A DNA stretch of 64,000 nt, from positions 30,690,001 to 30,754,000 of the forward strand of contig NC_043020.1 in the NCBI RefSeq assembly GCF_006345805.1, given 5' to 3'. The stretch comes from Octopus sinensis (Eukaryota). The notes beneath the pieces were generated by a model. It was not told where the DNA came from. It saw only the letters and a list, made by a program, of their open reading frames with translations, and did not search any database. Position numbers and translations under genes: made by a program. Positions 12,879-25,615 of the stretch are shown here, one piece after another. Each line of letters starts with the position of its first letter. The stretch's first letter is position 1.

Positions 12879-13121
12879 CAGGAGGTGGAAAAAAATTAGT
12901 GGGGGGGGGGGGTATTCACCATTACCCATGTTTCATTTGCTTAAAGAAATTACAAAATTGTACACGGTGAGAGAAACATTTAAGATAGCTCCTATTGGAA
13001 ATTCTTCAGAGAATCACAGTCTTACATGTTTCTCCTACATGTACAATTTTGTAACTCCTTTAAGCAAATGAAACATGTCTAATTGTGAATAAATAATACC
13101 AAATCTTTTTGCGATCTCCTG
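12879..13121. repeat. Inverted repeat (~70-100-bp arms) with hammerhead-like remnants
   Basis: ~12914-12985 pairs with ~13020-13090. The minus strand has CTGAAGA (13009-13003)...AAAT-GAAACATG; the + arm has GAAACATGTC. Confidence 0.7.
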
Positions 13122-14317
13122 TGTGTGTGTGTGTATGTGTGTGCCTGCCTGCCTGCCTGCCTCCATCCCTTGTGGAGGCTCTGTGTTGGTAGTAGTGGTG
13201 ACAGCGTAATGGGTTGTGATGATGTTTTAGTAGATAGTGGTGACAGTGATATTTACTTAGGTGCTGATGGCAAAGTATCAGTAGGCCGATGGTGGGTATT
13301 GTTTCAGTAGGTGATGATGTTATTGTTTAAAGTAACGGTTGTGGTGCTATTATTTTAGGTAGTAGGAGTGGTGGTGATTTTATTGTTTTAAGTAGTTGTT
13401 GCGTGGTGGTGTTAGTGTTGAGTATCCTCATTCAATTTTCCTGTAGCAGACTTGAAGTATTTTCTTTAATTATATGTGAGGAAGTGAAATAATTAGTAAC
13501 TTCATTTATTTTTCTTTTTATTTGTGTTATAATTTCTCATAATGACATTGATAAACCAGTTTGTTTCCTCATTTACAGATTCAGCAATTAACATACAAAT
13601 GATGAATAAATTTTTTGTTTCACCCAATGAAGCTAGCAGAAATATTCACATATTATAAACTTCTCTTGATCTCTAATCTATGCATGGACACATACACGTG
13701 TGCTCACACACACCCACATTATATCTCCTTTTCCTTGCAAATTTTAAGTTCATAACTTGTGACCCACATGGAAATCTCTATTATATGCAATTCTCAAGAT
13801 AATATTGTGATTCAGTGCTATTTATATACTCTACTGATGTAAGAATGAAGAATATTTGGAAATATGTAGATAAGAAGATGAGAAAGTATAAGGACAGTGA
13901 TTAAGAGAATCGATATACAGAAGGTGTGAATTTGAGTCCCACAGGCAGCCTTCAACTTTTTTCCATCCAAGGGTTTTTTTAAATCCCTTTATCTACTTTG
14001 ATTCATTAGTTGCATCATAGGAATATAGAGACTTTGAGGGACATGAAATAGTTTTTAGAAAGTTGATGACGGTATAAATAACAGCATGTAACGAGTTTGG
14101 AGGGAAAATCAAAATTTGCTCCTGGGACTTGAATGCACATCATCTGTGTGTGTGCGTGTGTGCGCGTAAGCAAACACATTCTCCTAACTGTATTTCTCCT
14201 AAAATTCTGACATTCTTATTGTCTCTGCCACTCCCCAATCCACCCATAATCAAGAGGAAATGAGAATAAAGCATGATTTGTACATATTGAATTCCCCATC
14301 GCCTTCTCTCATACCAC

Positions 14318-15102
14318 CATTTTTCTGAAGAGGCTAAAATCAACTTGTTTGGGTCAGATGGTATTAAATGAGTATGGTGACGACCGGATGAAGATGATAG
14401 CAACAAATGCACCGTGCCTACCATGAAATCCAGCGGTGGAAGTGTTATGCTTAGGGGATGCATGTGTGCGGCTGGTGTGGGAGGACTCACATTTATTGAG
14501 AGAGAGAGCAATGGATTCAAGGCTTTATTGTGGCATATTGCAGAAAACAATGTTGAAAAGAATTAAGGAACTAGGAAGGCATTTTATGTTCCAACATGAT
14601 AGTGACCCTAAACACACTTCAAAGATGACGACTAAGTTTTTTATCAGATAAAAAGGTAAAAGTATTGCCTTGGTCTACCATGTCACCTGATTTAAACCCA
14701 ATAGAACACCTGTGAGGTGTTTTGAAAAGGAAGGTTGAGGAGAAAAACCCCACAATCTAGCACAGTTGAAAGACATCATTCAGGATGAATGGAGGTCGAT
14801 TTCGTTACATGCGGAAATTTAGTTGACTTAATTCAGTCACTGAAAGTAAAGGTGGTCACACCAAATATTGAATATAGCAAATAATCCTTTACAATGTACA
14901 TATTTTTGTATCGTTTGGAAATTAAAATTTCATTCATATCTTTAAAAATGTTTATTGTTTTGCGTTCCAAATTTGTGTAATGTTTGCATGTTTAATATAT
15001 TTTATTCAGTATAATTTCAGTATTGATTTCCTCCGATATTATCAGATTAATGGCAATTCTACTGTAATTTTTTAGGGGTGTACATACTTCTGTGAGAGAA
15101 TA
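14318..15102 (+). mobile_element. Decayed Tc1-like (DD34E) transposon, 3' half and right TIR
   Basis: FSEEAKINLFGSDG, GGSVM.GC, FMFQHDSDPKHTSK and WSTMSPDLNPIEHL motifs with stops and frameshifts; Tc1-type terminal repeat aggggtgtacatacttctgtgagagaata followed by TA. Confidence 0.88.
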
Positions 15103-15690
15103 TAATATATATATATATGAAGTACACAGTAACAGCTTTTCTGTTCTTGTCTGCCAAATTCAGTCACAAGGCATTGGTTGGCCTGGGGCTATAGTAGATG
15201 ACACTTGTCCAAGGTGCATTGCAGTGGGACTGAACCTGAAACCATATGGTTGAGAAGTAAACTTCTTGACTGTACATCCACATCTGAAGGATGAGGGGGA
15301 ATTATTCTTGGACTTCTTTATAGTCACAACACTCTCTCTCTGCTGATTGCTGTTCTATATATACAGTCAATCTTCTTGTTGGACAATGCTTACTGTGGTT
15401 ATCAGTATTGATTCTATGTTTAGTCTGTTAGACAAGCTTTCAGCTTCAGTGGAATCCCTTATTGATTTCCATATTTTTATACAACATACATTCAAGGTGT
15501 AAAGAGTTTTTGTTGTTTTTCTGCCTTTTTTTATGATAAACCATTTAAAAAATTTTCTGTTATACCATCATTCGTTTATTGTTAATATTAATCCATTCTT
15601 TGAATTGTGGCTAAGCCATAATCATCATCATTGTTGTTATAACATGTGTGTGTGTGTTTGTATGAAGGTGCTAAAGTCTCATTTGTCTAA

Positions 15691-18600
15691 TCTAGTTATA
15701 AAACATGAAATGTCTATGTGTGTGTGTATGCTAAGTGTTTCCACATCATCCGATTTTGATGAAATTTTTTTTCATTAAATGGCAAATTTACCCAGACAGG
15801 TCACTGCCACTTTATCGATGCCTAGAGATACCCCCTTCTAGTAGAAAATTCAATAAAACTGAAAGGGCCCCACACTTTTTGCAAAAAAAGGCAAAAGTTG
15901 CATGTGAGAAAAGTTTTTACAGGAATGTCCAATTTTTATAAGTTTGGTGTCAAAGGGACCATCAATTTGCGACATTTCAGACAAATATTTTGGTGCATCC
16001 TTGGGGCCTCTGATTCCCAAGAAAATTGTGAAAAACTTAGTAAAAAACTTCATTTTTTGCAGTTTTGCAAAGTTACGCAGAAAATGTTTTCCGGGAAAGT
16101 CTAATTTCCTTGGTTTTTGCAGCTAAAAAACCACCATGTAACAGGGGTTCTATCAAGTATCTGTTCTATGTCCAAAGACATCCCTGTGCAACAAAAAACT
16201 GTGAAAAAAATCGATTTTTTTCAAGTTTTGCATCTTGAGAACAGCCAGAGAGTCTACTTCTCCGGCTATAATGCTGTTCAGCTGGCACAAGAACCCAAAC
16301 ACACCACACTCACTGCTTTCCTCAAACTATGCACCAATGACCCCTTCGCCAAGACCCTCCTGTATCCCCAGGTTCCATCACATTACATTTGAAAAAAGAA
16401 AACATGCATTCGGGAATCAAGGAAACAAGGACAACCCGTCGAGGAACAGACAAACTTAAAATCTTCCCCCACCCTTGGAAGAGTTTACACAGTTCGCCCT
16501 AACCAACAGGAATGTTTTTACCTTCACCTACTGCTGAGGTCACGGGACTGACATCTTTCAATGACCTGAAAAGCTTCAACGGTGATGTTTTTGCTATATG
16601 CCACAAAGCCTGCCTTAAAAGTGGCCTGCTACAAGATGGCGCTCAGTGGGACACAGCAATGGGTGAAGCAGCAACAATATGCTTGGCGAGGAGTCTTCAA
16701 AAGCTCTTTGCAGTGCTACTGCAAAGATGCGAACTCAATGATCCTGCAACCTTATGGGGAATAATACAAGGAAGACCGTTCAGAGGACTACCACCACCAC
16801 CAACAACAACTTCTGTTGCCTCACTTGAACATCGGTTTCGACGATGAATTCTTCAACAGAGCACTCATCAACATTGAGGACAGCCTAATTACTGCCGGCG
16901 GTAACAACCTTTCATTCTATGGTCTACCGAAAGTCAGCAGAACGGGCTCGCACACACTACCAACAGGCGTTATTCAGGAAACCCTAACCCTATGACATTG
17001 ATGCTCTTCAACAATACATCAACGAAAATGAGCCAAAGTTGCTTCAGGACCAGCAGCACACATACTTCGTGAATGCAAAGGAGGTATTTTCTTTTTAGAT
17101 GCCCCAGGAGGAACTGGTAAAACATTCGTGTTTAAACTCCTCCTTGCAAAAGTATGCCAGCAAAAGAGGATCGCTTTAGCTGTAGTTCCTTCCAGAATTG
17201 CCACAACTCTACTGCCCAGGGGTAGGATGGCTCATTCGACCTTCAAATTCCCGTTCAATGCTTCTGCATCCGACTCGGCCACCTGCAATATTACAAAAGA
17301 CTCAGACAAAGCAGAAGTGCTGTGAAGGTGCCAGCTCATTGAGATGAATGCACCATGGCGCATAAAGGATCCCTTGAAGCACTGGACAGGACCCTGAAAG
17401 ACACCAGAGGTTGCATGAGCCTCAAGGGAGGCGTTTCCCTCCTTCAGTCTGGTGATTTCAGACAAACCCTACCCATAATTCCAAAAGGCACCAGAGCCGA
17501 CGCTCTAATGGCATGCATTAAGTTATCTTCTCTGTGGCTGGACATGACAATTTTGACTCTTAGAACGAAAATGAGGACCCAGCTTTCCAGCGACAGCTTA
17601 TCAGGCAACTTCTCCAAGTAACTTCACACTATTGGTGATGGTACAGCTCCCTCCGATGTGGCTGGAGAGATGGCTGTCTCACATGTAGGCACACCTGTGG
17701 ACACTGTGGATGACCTTACGACTGCTGTTTTTCCCGACCTACACATAAACTACTAAAACCTGAATTGGCTGTGTGAAAGAGCCATATTAGCTCCCAAAAA
17801 CACATTTGTTGTGAAACTCAATGAAAACCTACAGCAAAACCTTCCTGGAAACCTCAAAATTGGAGCTCTGGTCATGCTGCTGAGGAACCTGGAGCCACCA
17901 TGTCTGTGCAATGGAATGCGCTTAGAGGTAAAAAATGTGCTGCCTCATGTTATTGAAACAGCAATTCTCATGGGTTGCGGCATCAGAGACATCTTTCTAC
18001 CCAGGATACCTTTTACTCCATCAGATTAGCAATGCCCCTGTTCCTTGCATCGACTTCAGTTCCTTCTTCAACTTTGCTTTGCCATGTCCATCAACAAGTC
18101 CCAAGGCCAAACACTAACAACAACAGGCTTCCATTTAGGCCAACCATGCTTCTTGCACAGCCAGTTATACGTGTTTGCCCCAAAAGTCAAAACAAAAAAT
18201 GTTGTCTACTGTGAGGTGCTGTACATTGTCCAACATAGCGCAGCTTCCCTGCCAAACAGGTTTATGGTGATGGGTGCTATTGCTGCCATTCTTTCAAAAT
18301 TACCTGTTTTTCTTAAGTCGGTTTTTTTATTTTTTTTATTTTGTCCCCTACAGCTTCTCAATCTCCTTGCAGAAGGCTTGAGTTTTGGCATCACTGCTTT
18401 TCATATGAACCAAAAAGGATGTTTATACCTGTGGATGGTTAACAATCCTTTTCAGGGCTATTGTGAGGACAATAACATGGCCCTTTTCAGGGTCACTTTA
18501 CATTCAATTGTTGCACCTCCTGAGATGCTCTTGTCGCTTCTCCAGGGCTTTTCACCCTCTGTTGTTACTACTTTATTTATGGTCTTTGGGAAAAATCACT

Positions 18601-18728
18601 TCTTCCTCAATGTCATTGCTTGCAACTTTACGCAAAAAATCTTTGAGATGTACAACAAAAAAAAGTGGTAGAACTTAAGACCATTGCCAAGTATTTAATA
18701 CCCGAGCAATGCTGGGTACTCCTGCAAT
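15691..18728 (+). mobile_element. Decayed Helitron with PIF1-like helicase remnants and no Rep/HUH domain
   Basis: 5' end A|TC at 15690/15691. Motifs LHLENSQRVYF, TTLTAF, LGRVYTV, DAPGGTGKTF, GRMAHSTFKFP, GDFRQTLP, LLRNL..LCNG.RL and FAMSINKSQGQTL. 3' hairpin tacccgagcaatgctgggta (18699-18718) followed by a degenerate CTAG (caat|t). Confidence 0.92.
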
Positions 18729-20149
18729 TCAAGCAGTGCTGCTCTTGTGTTAGTGAAACCTCCTCAAATTGATGTCCTTCTAACATTCTCAGGTCTTGCA
18801 TGATGACTTCTTAAAGAGTCTTTCAGCTTGTGATTTAGCTTCCAACTATACTGGGCCAATGAGGATTTCTTCACCTGCCAGAAATACCAACCAAATCTCC
18901 TTAAAATCATATTTTACCCCACTAAATAAAGAAAGAACATATTAAATAATACAGATCTCGATTCACTTTCTAATTGAAAGCTGGAATGGTTTGGTTAGTG
19001 TTTTTGATCATAGAATTGTTCAAACATGGTTGACTGGCAGCAGACAATAACAATAACCAACCAATGAGGAAGCTTCATGACCTTCATTCAATTGGCTAGA
19101 AATAGCAACTCAATCTCCTTCAAATCACACATTACCATCTTAAAAGCAGAAAGACATAATATAATCCTTGATACACTGTATTAGAAAATAAATAAATGGC
19201 AATGGTCATGGATCAGGGCTGACCGGGATTCTCTTCCCAATAGTTTGTTATAACATATTTTTGCCAGATGACAAAATATGGTTTCCACCTGTTTCTACCA
19301 GTGTGGATATATATGTTTTTCTTGTGTGGAATTGGAATTCTTCGCATGGTGTGTGTGTGTGCATGCGTGTCCTTGAGTCTAGATTGCCTGTCAAATTACC
19401 TGATTGATTATCCATGCTTTTAAAATATCCCCCTGTCCTCAGATCCCTAGCTGTAAATATTACGTGGTCTCATTTGATCTATTATACTCTGACTGTGTTT
19501 AGTTACCAAGGAATATGAGAAATAATTTTACAGTTAGAAATGTAGGTGCAGACATGACTAGTTAAGAAGCTTGCTTCTCAACCATGTGGTCTTGGGTTCA
19601 GTTTCACTCTGTGGCACTTTGGCCAGGTTGTCTTCTGCTACAGCCCCAGGTTGACCAAAGCCATGTTAGTGGATTTGGTAGACAGAAACTAAAAAAAAAA
19701 AACACAAGGTGCATGTGTGTGTACCCTTGTCTTGACATCATGTGATGGTTGTAAATGCACATCATCATCATAAAAGAGATGTTTGTTTCAAGTGTTCTGT
19801 GAAAAGCATTTCTGGCCTTGGGAAAATATTACCCTGCTTGGAAACAAGTGAGGGTGGGCAACAGGAAAGGCACCCAGCTATAGAGCGTCTGCTACAACAA
19901 ATTCCATCTGACACATGCAAGCATGGAAGAGTGAATGTTAAATCATGATGATGATGTTGTTGTTATCGCAGTTTCAACAATGCTTATTTCATTTATTTTC
20001 TTTCATTATTTTTTTTTTTGTGTGTGAGAAAGAGTGAATCAATAAATTTACTAAGGATTTCTTTTTTTTTTGTCTTTCTTTTCCATATATTTTCAAGAAC
20101 CTTCTTCAGAATCGAAACTGTTTTCAATAGTGCCACCTTCTGTTGAAGC

Positions 20150-21050
20150 TATGTGCACATCTCAGTTCTGCATTTCATAATCTGCCCTCATGGTTTAGTT
20201 ATTATTGTCCCTTGGGCACCCACTGCTCTTGGTTCACGTCAACCTTTTTTTAAATTTGCTTCTTCTTACACTTTTCCGCTTGCTATGTTATCACCAGCAA
20301 TAATTCCAAGTCCAGAGTTGTTGACAAAATATTTTCCCATGTGTTGTCAGTAAAAGCAGCTTAATCTTCACTGCTTTTTAGCTTCTACAGATCTTTATAG
20401 ATATTCTCATTGATTTGAAAATCTTTGACCAATACCTTGAATACCATTTGGCCCTGAGACTTTGGAATTAGGAATTCCACATCATTACTTATTCTTTATC
20501 TCTCTTGGTTTGTCTTCTCGCCAAATTTCTCTCCAGAACTCCTTACTTGTATATCTGCTATAGCCTGTTCTTAACTTAAGTTTCCATCGAACTCCTTAGA
20601 TATTGCTTTCTGCTCTATATTGTGTATACAGTTTTGTCTATAAATTATTCTTTGTTCAGTTTATTTTCACTCTTTTGGCAAAATCCTATTTCAACTCCTT
20701 TATTACTGCTATTACATTTCTTATTTTTATGTTATATTGTATATTATATTTTGTTATATTTTCTTTCTCAATCAACTTCCTTTGGGACCTGAACCAACTG
20801 CTTTCTTTGTCTTTTCAATAAAATTTGTCAGATTTCAATATTTTTATATCCCTTTGCATTCACCTCTTCTGTCATGTATCTTACTTCTCAATCCCACTTG
20901 AGATATCTTTCAATCCTTAATCATTCGTATTAATTGCTTTTATCAAATTCTTGGTTTTGGTTATATCGCTCGTTTTCACATAATGGATAATTCTTCTGAC
21001 TTTCTTTTATCTCTTCTAGTTCAACCCTATCGACATTCTTGAAAGCTTTT
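20150..21050 (-). mobile_element. Highly decayed Dong/R4-like non-LTR retrotransposon fragment (pre-RT and RT start)
   Basis: Minus-strand remnants FKNVDR, IKELK and PNSKVSGPNGIQG resemble the R4/Dong PNWKAPGPDG region; many stops. Confidence 0.5.
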
Positions 21051-21359
21051 CTGTCACTAAAATATTTCTTTCTCACATTAAAGCTGCATATATATGTACG
21101 ACACCATTCACATAAAAAAAAAAAAAAGAGTAGTATAGTTTTTCATGATGTGTGTATGTTTTTAATGGGTTTTTTTTTCTAATGCCAAAACAAGGCAAAT
21201 TGATGATTTGCACTTTTACCATTATATCTTAATATGTCTGAATTAAAAGTACAAACCATTGAATTGTATTATATTTCTTTATAACTTGCTTTGTTTTGAC
21301 TTTATAGAAAATTAAGAATATTAATGAAAACGATGTTTGTCTTTGGGGAAGTGTATGCT

Positions 21360-21399
21360 CCATTGATGAGGTCCATTGATGAGGTCCATTGATGAGGTC
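21360..21399. repeat. 13-bp tandem repeat x3 (CCATTGATGAGGT)
   Basis: Three perfect copies read directly. Confidence 0.9.
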
Positions 21400-21475
21400 A
21401 AAACACATTCAAAATTGTCTTCTGGGCTTGCTTAAATAATTATAACATTAATCAATGAATAATATTGTTTTTGTT

Positions 21476-21846
21476 CTTTTACTGGTTTCAGTCATTTGAC
21501 TTCAGCCATGCTGGAGCACTGCCTTTAGTTAAACAAATTGACCCCAGGACTTATTCGTTGTAAGCCTAGTACTTATTCTAATGGTCTCTTTTGCCGAATC
21601 TCTAAATTACTGGGATGTAAATACACCAACATCAGTTGGAAAGCAATGTTGGGGGGGGGGGCACACAAACACACATATATATAGACGATGGGCTTCTTTC
21701 AGTTTCCATCTACCAAATCCACTCACAAGACTTTGGTTGACCGAGACTATAGTAGAAGACACTTGCCCAAGGTGCCATGCAGTAGGACTGAACCCAGAAC
21801 TATGTGGTTGGGAAGCAAGCTTCTTGTCACACAGCGACGCCTGCAC
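21476..21846 (-). mobile_element. tRNA-derived SINE with CORE-like block (ggcaccttgggcaagtgtcttc); representative of a family with more than 10 copies here
   Basis: tRNA-like head, CORE-like block, (TG/TA)n middle. Other copies at approximately 370-480, 4120-4520, 9857-10222, 12366-12706, 15140-15270, 19543-19956, 33978-34390, 39690-40060, 48262-48670, 52080-52240 and 63950-64000. Confidence 0.85.
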
Positions 21847-21956
21847 CTATGTTTTTTTTTTGTTTTTGTTGTTGTTTTCTTTTCTTTTTTGTTTTGTTTG
21901 TTTTTCACACTCACTGAATAAATGTTTCTAAATAACTTTTGAATGGTTGCAAGATA

Positions 21957-22547
21957 GAAGACACAAGTTAGCCATTCAGAAACACACAAAGGATGTTTAA
22001 CTTCATTTAAACATTTAATGTTTGCAAAATGGTGTCAAAATTTTCATTGCTTGAAACTGCAACCTGGTTACTTAGAAAATTTATGCTGTACAAATTTTGT
22101 TAGTGACTAAGGTCACAGGATTGAGCAACATAAATTTTGGCTCTATGTTAGTTCTCTGTGTGCCATGAGGTGCATAAGGCTGCAGCATGATCTCTCCAAC
22201 CAGCTCTGTTTTCTGCCACTGTCCTCATCTTATTCCAGCTTCTCCATCCTTCTCATTTCCTTTCCTCATCAATAGTCCTTTGCTATGTGATGTTAGGGTA
22301 CCCTGCTACTCTTTAACCCTCAGGCTTCCAATTCACATGCCTAAGGAGAATACTCAACAAGTGGCTGCAAAGAATCCAAAAGGACACAACTGAGATGGGA
22401 GCAGGCATCAACAAGATCAGTAATGAAATAAGACACTAGAACTGGATCAGACAAGATCAACAAATGATGACACCATTTTACAAACAATAAATTTTTTATG
22501 TGAAGTGAATGGTTTTTGTGTTTCTGAACAGCTGATTTGTATCTTCC
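21957..22547. repeat. Palindromic element (~125-bp arms) interrupted by a ~330-bp insertion
   Basis: Left arm ~21957-22082; the right arm is split into ~22092-22140 and ~22469-22547. Confidence 0.75.
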
Positions 22548-22677
22548 ACAGTGGATTTAGTGTCAACACATGATCTTGGCTCAAAATACTTACCATACAA
22601 ACACATTACTGTAACTTTTTAATGTTCTGTGTTAATTTTTAATGCTGACCTGTAAATCTTTTTTTTTTTTTTTTCAG

Positions 22678-22869
22678 CAATGTTTTGATTGTGGCAGTAA
22701 CAATCCTACATGGGCCAGTGTAACTTATGGAGTATTCCTGTGTATAGATTGTTCAGCAGTTCACAGATCCCTTGGAGTCCATGTTAGCTTTATCCGGTCT
22801 TCCCAGCTTGATACCAGCTGGACATGGTTGCAACTGCGTACCATGCAGGTTGGAGGTAATGGAAATGCG
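22678..22869 (+). CDS. ARFGAP2/3: ArfGAP2/3 exon A (192 nt, phase 0-0), zinc-finger GAP domain
   Basis: poly-T cag| [64 protein letters not shown] |gtgagt. Confidence 0.97.
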
Positions 22870-23042
22870 GTGAGTTGGAGTTTCTGTTTTTAGTAATAAT
22901 TTATGAAGATTGATGTGTCTCTTCACAAAGGTAAATAAGCAATAAGGAGAGGCTGATGTGATTTGTAATAGAAATTGACTCTGTTTATTGAACTTCATTT
23001 CAACTGATTGTCTGTCTTCCTTGGGTTCAAAATGTACAATTC

Positions 23043-23475
23043 ACTTGCGAAGACCTGTTGAAGCAAGTGAAATCAAAATCGCTGACGTGGCTGATGACAG
23101 TACTGCCTGATTGGCACTTGTACCAGTGGATTGTTAAAAGCACCATCCGCCGTGATCGTAGGCAGGTCCACTGACTGGCTCCTGTGCTGATGGCATGTAT
23201 AAAAGGCACCATTCGTGCATGATCATTGCCAGCGTCACCTTACTGGCACATGAAAAACAACAATCGAGCATGGTTGTTGCCTGACTGGCCCTCGTGCTAG
23301 TGGCACGTAAAAGCACCCACTACACTCTGAGTAGTTGACATTAGGAAGGGCATCCAGCTGTAGAAACTTTGCCTGATCAGATTGGAGCCTTGTGCAGCCT
23401 TCTGGCTCACCAGTCTTCAGTCAACCCATGCCAGCATGGAAAGCGGATTTTAAACAAATACGATGATGATGATGA
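23043..23475 (+). mobile_element. RTE LINE 3' UTR fragment with (GAT)n tail
   Basis: ggcacgtaaaagcacccactacactc...aggaagggcatccagctgtagaaac...acccatgccagcatggaaagcgg...gatgatgat; the same end is joined to RTE coding sequence at ~24985-25615 and 57068-58230. Confidence 0.85.
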
Positions 23476-23566
23476 AACTCATGAAATACCATTTCGGTAC
23501 TTGACACTTACCTTACGTCTTCTGTTGGGAAGATTGTGAGATTTATTTGTTTGTTTATTTTGACAG

Positions 23567-23698
23567 ATCAGTTTCTTTCGGCAACATGGCTGCACTACCA
23601 ATGATGCCCAGCAGAAGTACCATAGCCGTGCTGCCAATCTCTACAGGGAACGTTTGCTAACTCAGGCTCAAAACATGATGAAACTTCATAAAGACAAG
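23567..23698 (+). CDS. ARFGAP2/3: ArfGAP2/3 exon B (132 nt, phase 0-0), end of GAP domain
   Basis: tttgacag| [44 protein letters not shown] |gtaatc. Confidence 0.96.
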
Positions 23699-24591
23699 GT
23701 AATCTTTTCTTGATCCTCCATCATTACTTTCCAGGTTTTGTTTTGTTAAATATTCAGTTAGTGGGTTGACAAAATTGTTAGCTCATTGAACAAAATATTT
23801 TGCTGTATCTACTTCAGCTTTTTTTTCAATTTTGAGTTCAAATCCCCTCAAAGCTCAACTTGGCTTTCATCCTTCTGGCATTTATTACATCAATTAACCT
23901 CTTCCTTTTCAAAATTGTCAGCCTTGTTCATCACCGTCATAATGTTGTTTTGTCTCATAGTGTTGTGCCTGATTTATGCTGCCTCTTCCTATCACACCAC
24001 AGCTCATGGTCTAAAATGAAGAGCATTTTTTTTACCTTCTGCAGCTCTTCATATCTCTTCTTACTTTATATTGAGGAAAACTTATTAGGCTTTTTTTCTT
24101 CACTGCATCTACTCTCAGATTAAGATCATGTTTTTCAAGGTTTATTCTAAAGTATTTTTGTCACTGTTCCCAAGGCCCTAATGATAGCCAGGAGTTTCAT
24201 AACCTTGTTAACTTCTCTCTTCCAGCACTTGAGTATTTCATACTTCAAGTCAGTACAGTACTCTGCTTATACATTTTCTTTCTTTTTACTCTGCTGTCAA
24301 GTGGGCATTTATTATTATTATTATTATTATTAAGCCAGCAAGCTAGCAGAATTGTTACCATGCCTGACAAAATGCTTAGCATTTTGCTTGTCTTTACATT
24401 CTGTGTTCAAATTCCACTAAGGAAATAAGTACCAGTCAAACACTGGGGTCAATGCATTCGACTCTCCTCCCAAATTTCAGACTTTGTACCTATAGTACAA
24501 ATTATTGGTTTGACTCTGGTTCAGTCTTATTCCTGGCAAGATTTATGTGGGTTGTGGGTTACTACATGTAACATTAGGTGTCCACTACCTT

Positions 24592-24810
24592 TCAATAGTC
24601 TTTCAATTGCTTAAAAAACCTCCTGATAATTTTTCTTGTCTCTATGAGGCAAGCTTTCTGTCGAAGCTCTACAGGACATTTTATTCCAATCTCTTTCAAC
24701 CATTTGTCTATGCATTTGCTTACAGTTCCCAATGCACCAATTATTATAGGCACAACCTTTACAGCTTTCATATTCCAATTTTCTGCAAAATATGTCAAGC
24801 TATGAAGAAA
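24592..24810 (-). mobile_element. Dong/R4-like LINE C-terminal (restriction-like endonuclease) fragment
   Basis: WNMKAVKVVPIIIGALGTVSK..CPVELRQKACLIETRKIIRR. Confidence 0.75.
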
Positions 24811-24984
24811 TATTTTGTTGCTTGCAAACAGATTAGAGTTGGCTGCAGAAAAGCCATTTCCCATTAAGAAGTGAACTTCTTAATGACACAAACCATACGT
24901 GAAACTTCATTCCTAAAACATTGTGCATTTTGTAGAGGGGTTTCTAACTGTTGTTTATGTGTGTATATGTGTAATGTCTGTGTG

Positions 24985-25615
24985 CACACATGACAGAGTG
25001 TAAACACCATGAGAGAAAAGTTGAACATAAAAAGCATCAGATGTGGTGTGCAAGGGAGATGGTATTGTCATATGTTGCATATGGATGAGGACAGCTGTGT
25101 GAAAAAGTGTCACACCCTAGCAGTAGAGGGAACCTGTGGAAGAGGTAGACCCAGGAAGACCTGGGATGAGTTGGCGAAGCATGACCTTTGAACGTTAGGC
25201 CTTACAGAGGCGATGACGAGTGACCAAGACCTTTGGGGATATGCTATACTTGAAAAAACCTGGCTAGCCAAGTGAGACTGTAACCATGGCTTATGCCAGT
25301 GCAGCATAACCAGCCCATTTAAGAGTACTCTTCAATCATTGGACATTAAACTCTGCTTGCGAAGACCTGTCGAGTCATGTGAAGTCATGGTTGTAGCCAA
25401 TGCCAGTATTGCCTGACTGGCCCTCGTACTGGTGGCATGTAAAAAGCACCTACTATACTTTCAGAGTGGCTGGTGTTTGGAAGGGCATCCAGCTGTAGAA
25501 ACCTTGCCAGATCACATTGGAGCCTGGTACAGCCTTCTGGCTTGCCAGGCCTCAGTCAAACCATCCAACCCATGCCAGCATGGAAAGCAGACATTAAACA
25601 ATGATGATGTTGATG
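24985..25615 (+). mobile_element. RTE LINE 3' end (ORF terminus and 3' UTR)
   Basis: REKLNIKSIRCGVQGRWYCHMLHMDEDSCVKKC..GRGRPRKTWDE, then the shared UTR and GAT tail. Confidence 0.88.

Noticed and set aside
18045-18671. 208-aa ORF as an independent host gene
   Set aside because: Its N-terminal part is the Helitron helicase terminus and it lies inside the Helitron boundaries.
1-22677. First coding exon or promoter of ArfGAP2/3
   Set aside because: I found no M...F.RL...NK|gt exon or CpG-rich promoter by eye. It probably lies upstream, though a short exon could have been missed.
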